Source of the DNA: Malacoraja senta
Lineage: Eukaryota
Reading direction: 5' to 3'
Assembly (NCBI GenBank): GCA_038087875.1
Contig: CM075989.1
Location: forward strand, 18,416,001-18,480,000
DNA length: 64,000 nucleotides
Shown: one piece after another, positions 61,531-64,000 of the stretch
How the letters are laid out: each line of letters opens with the position of its first letter
Position numbering within the stretch: position 1 is the first letter of the stretch
The notes under the pieces: generated by a model
Told to the model about the DNA's origin: nothing
Databases searched by the model: none
The model's input: only the letters and a program-made list of their open reading frames with translations
Position numbers and translations under genes: made by a program

Positions 61531-62760
61531 TGGTCACGTGTACTGAGGTACAGTGCCTGCTATCCAGTCAGCGAAAAGACTGGATAGCACAGCGTCAAGA
61601 TGTCCACAGTGTACAGATACACGGTAAAGGTTATGACATTTAGTGCAAGATAAAGTCTGATTAAAGATAGTTTGAAGGTCTCCATTAAGGTGGATGGGAG
61701 GTCAGGACCGCTCTCTGGCTGGTTGCCCATCAACAGCTGGCAAGAAACTGTCCCTGAATCAGGAGGTGTGTGTTTTCTCACTTCTGTAGCTCTTGCCTGG
61801 TGGGAGAGGGGAGAAGAGGGAGTGCCCAGGGTGAGATTCATCCTTGATTATGCTGCTGGCCTTGCCGAGGCAGCATGAAGTGCGGATAGAGTCAATGGAA
61901 GGGAGGTTGGTTTGTGTGATGGTCTGGGCTACATCCACAACTCTCTGCAATTTCTTGCGCTCTTAAATGGAGCTGTTCCCAAACCATGCTGTGATGCTTC
62001 CCCGTAAAATGCTTTCTACGGCGCATGTAAAGAAGCTGCTGAGAATTGTTGGGGGCGTGCTGATCTTCTTACAATTGCAGAAGGGCCTGTCCCACTTTCA
62101 CGAGTTATTCACGAATTCTCCTGAGTTTTCCCCTTGATTCAAACTCGCAGACTGTTCGTAACGAGTTCGTAGGAGGACGTAGGAGTTCGTAGATATATCG
62201 TAGCGGCCCGTTATGCCAGCCGTAGGTACTCGTGGCATCGGGTAAGTCAGGACGTTTTTTCCAGCCCGATAGAAAATGTCCACGAGTAAAAAATGGTCGG
62301 GAAGAAAGAAATTGCAACTTTTTATTCGTAAGGAGGGCATCGAAATAGTCGTGGGAATTCGTAGACATACTCGTAGGGGTTCGTAGGAGTTCATGAACAC
62401 AGTCGTGGAAGGTCGTGGGAATTCGTAGATTACCACGATCTTGCTTTTTTTTTTTAGGTCCTTTAAACTCGGCAGAGGTTTTGAATTAAGTCGTGAAAGT
62501 GGGACAGGCCCTTAAGGAAGCACAAGTGTTGGTGTGCTTTCTTGGCCATTGCTTCCACATGGTTGGTCCAGGACAAGTTGCTGGTGATATTTATTCCTAG
62601 GAGCTTGAAGCTTTCAACCATGTCTACTTTGGCGCCTCCGCTGTATATTGGGGTATGTGCACCTTTGCAACTTGAAGTCGATCGCAATCTCCTTCGTCTT
62701 GCTGACATTGAGGGAAATGTTGTTGGCTTGGCATCGGGGCACGAGGTTCTCAATCTGACG
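61530..62760 (-). mobile_element. Rex1/Babar-like LINE 3' part
   Basis: VESFKLLGINITSNLSWTNH...KKAHQHL.FL and QRVVDVAQTITQTNLPSIDSI...IIKD.SHPGHSLFSPLP. Related pieces at ~8530-8740, 23010-23120, 23370-23780 and 58675-59075. Confidence 0.75.
62082..62512. mobile_element. PIF/Harbinger-type MITE inside a Rex/Babar fragment
   Basis: TIR AGGGCCTGTCCCACTTTCACGA / TCGTGAAAGTGGGACAGGCCCT. Confidence 0.8.
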
Positions 62761-63360
62761 TTGGAGGGGGGAGAAGAGAGAATGGACGGAGAGTGAGTTA
62801 GTCAGGACGAACGTGGTCAAGCAATGGTCCTGGAAGCAGAATATCTCTCTGCTTCTCTCCATCCCATCCTATAAAATGTCTTTCTGAAAATTGCTGTGGT
62901 CTGCAATGAGGATCCAAACTTCTCCATTAATGGTTAAGTGCAAATAGAACACTGTGCCACTTTGAGAGTAGGCAACATGCCCCGACTGTTGCCACCTGGT
63001 TTCAGCTGTGCTGGTTACGTCCAGAGGCACAAACCCAATGATCACCAGGTCACCACGTGAAATCCTTGCTGCACATGAGTTCAGTTTAGTTGATGGTCAC
63101 GTGTACCGCTTGTGTGGCGTGCTAACCAGTCAGCAGAAAGACAATGTGTGATTTCAATCGAGCCATTCACTGTGTACAGATACATGATAAGGGAATAAGG
63201 TTTAGTGCAAGGTAAAGCCAGCCAAGGCAAGAGTCAAGAGTGTTTTATTGTCATATGTCCCAGATAGAACAATGAAATTCTTACTTGCTGCAGCACAACA
63301 GAATATGTAAACATAGTACACTGTAAACAATATGATAAACGAGAAAAAAAGTTCAGAATG

Positions 63361-63464
63361 TGTATGCATACATACATACATACATACATACATACATACA
63401 TACATACATACATGTATATACACACACATACATACATACATACATACATACATACATACATACA

Positions 63465-63498
<34 letters not shown>

Positions 63499-63656
63499 CA
63501 TACATACATACATACATACATACATACATACATGTATATACACATACATACATACATACATACATACATACATACATACATACATACATACATACATACA
63601 TACATACATACATACATACATACATACATACATGTATATATACACACACACATACA

Positions 63657-63690
<34 letters not shown>

Positions 63691-64000
63691 CATACATACA
63701 TACATACATACATACATACATGTATATACACATACATACATACATACATACATACATACATACATACATACATACATACATACACACATACATACATGTA
63801 TATATACACACACATATACATACATACATACATACATACATACATACATACATACATACATTCATACATACATTCATACATACATACATACATACATACA
63901 TACATACATACATACATACATACATACATACACACATACATACATACACACATACATGTATATATACATACATACATACAAACATACATGCACACATACA
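63361..64000. repeat. (CATA)n microsatellite adjoining a LINE-type tail (63228-63355, minus strand)
   Basis: Direct reading; runs off the window end. Confidence 0.95.

Overview
Eukaryotic, vertebrate-type DNA dominated by repeats. It is most likely from an elasmobranch (skate, ray or shark), inferred from about 16 copies of an HE1-like V-SINE whose 3' tail is shared with abundant CR1/HER1-like LINE fragments. No host protein-coding gene can be supported, so the window looks intronic or intergenic. Contents: many CR1 fragments (one young copy with an open 377-aa RT C-terminus), Rex/Babar, L1 and L2 remnants, PIF/Harbinger-type MITEs, a hAT transposase relic, a Helitron-like 3' end, and a full-length but decayed DIRS1-type tyrosine-recombinase retrotransposon with readable ITR/ICR architecture and integration junction. 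About 20 Penelope-derived fragments are present, many carrying minimal hammerhead motifs. The 3' third holds purine tracts, a 200-N gap, an 11.5-kb compound (GT)n array and a (CATA)n array. Most notable: a ~140-bp TSD-flanked retroposon (two copies) whose 5' end is a 53-54-nt CPEB3/HDV-like double-pseudoknot ribozyme fold. In the intact copy the element starts exactly at the predicted cleavage G, followed by a structured 3' domain and a (GAA)n tail. All family names come from recognition by eye; no database search or folding program was run.
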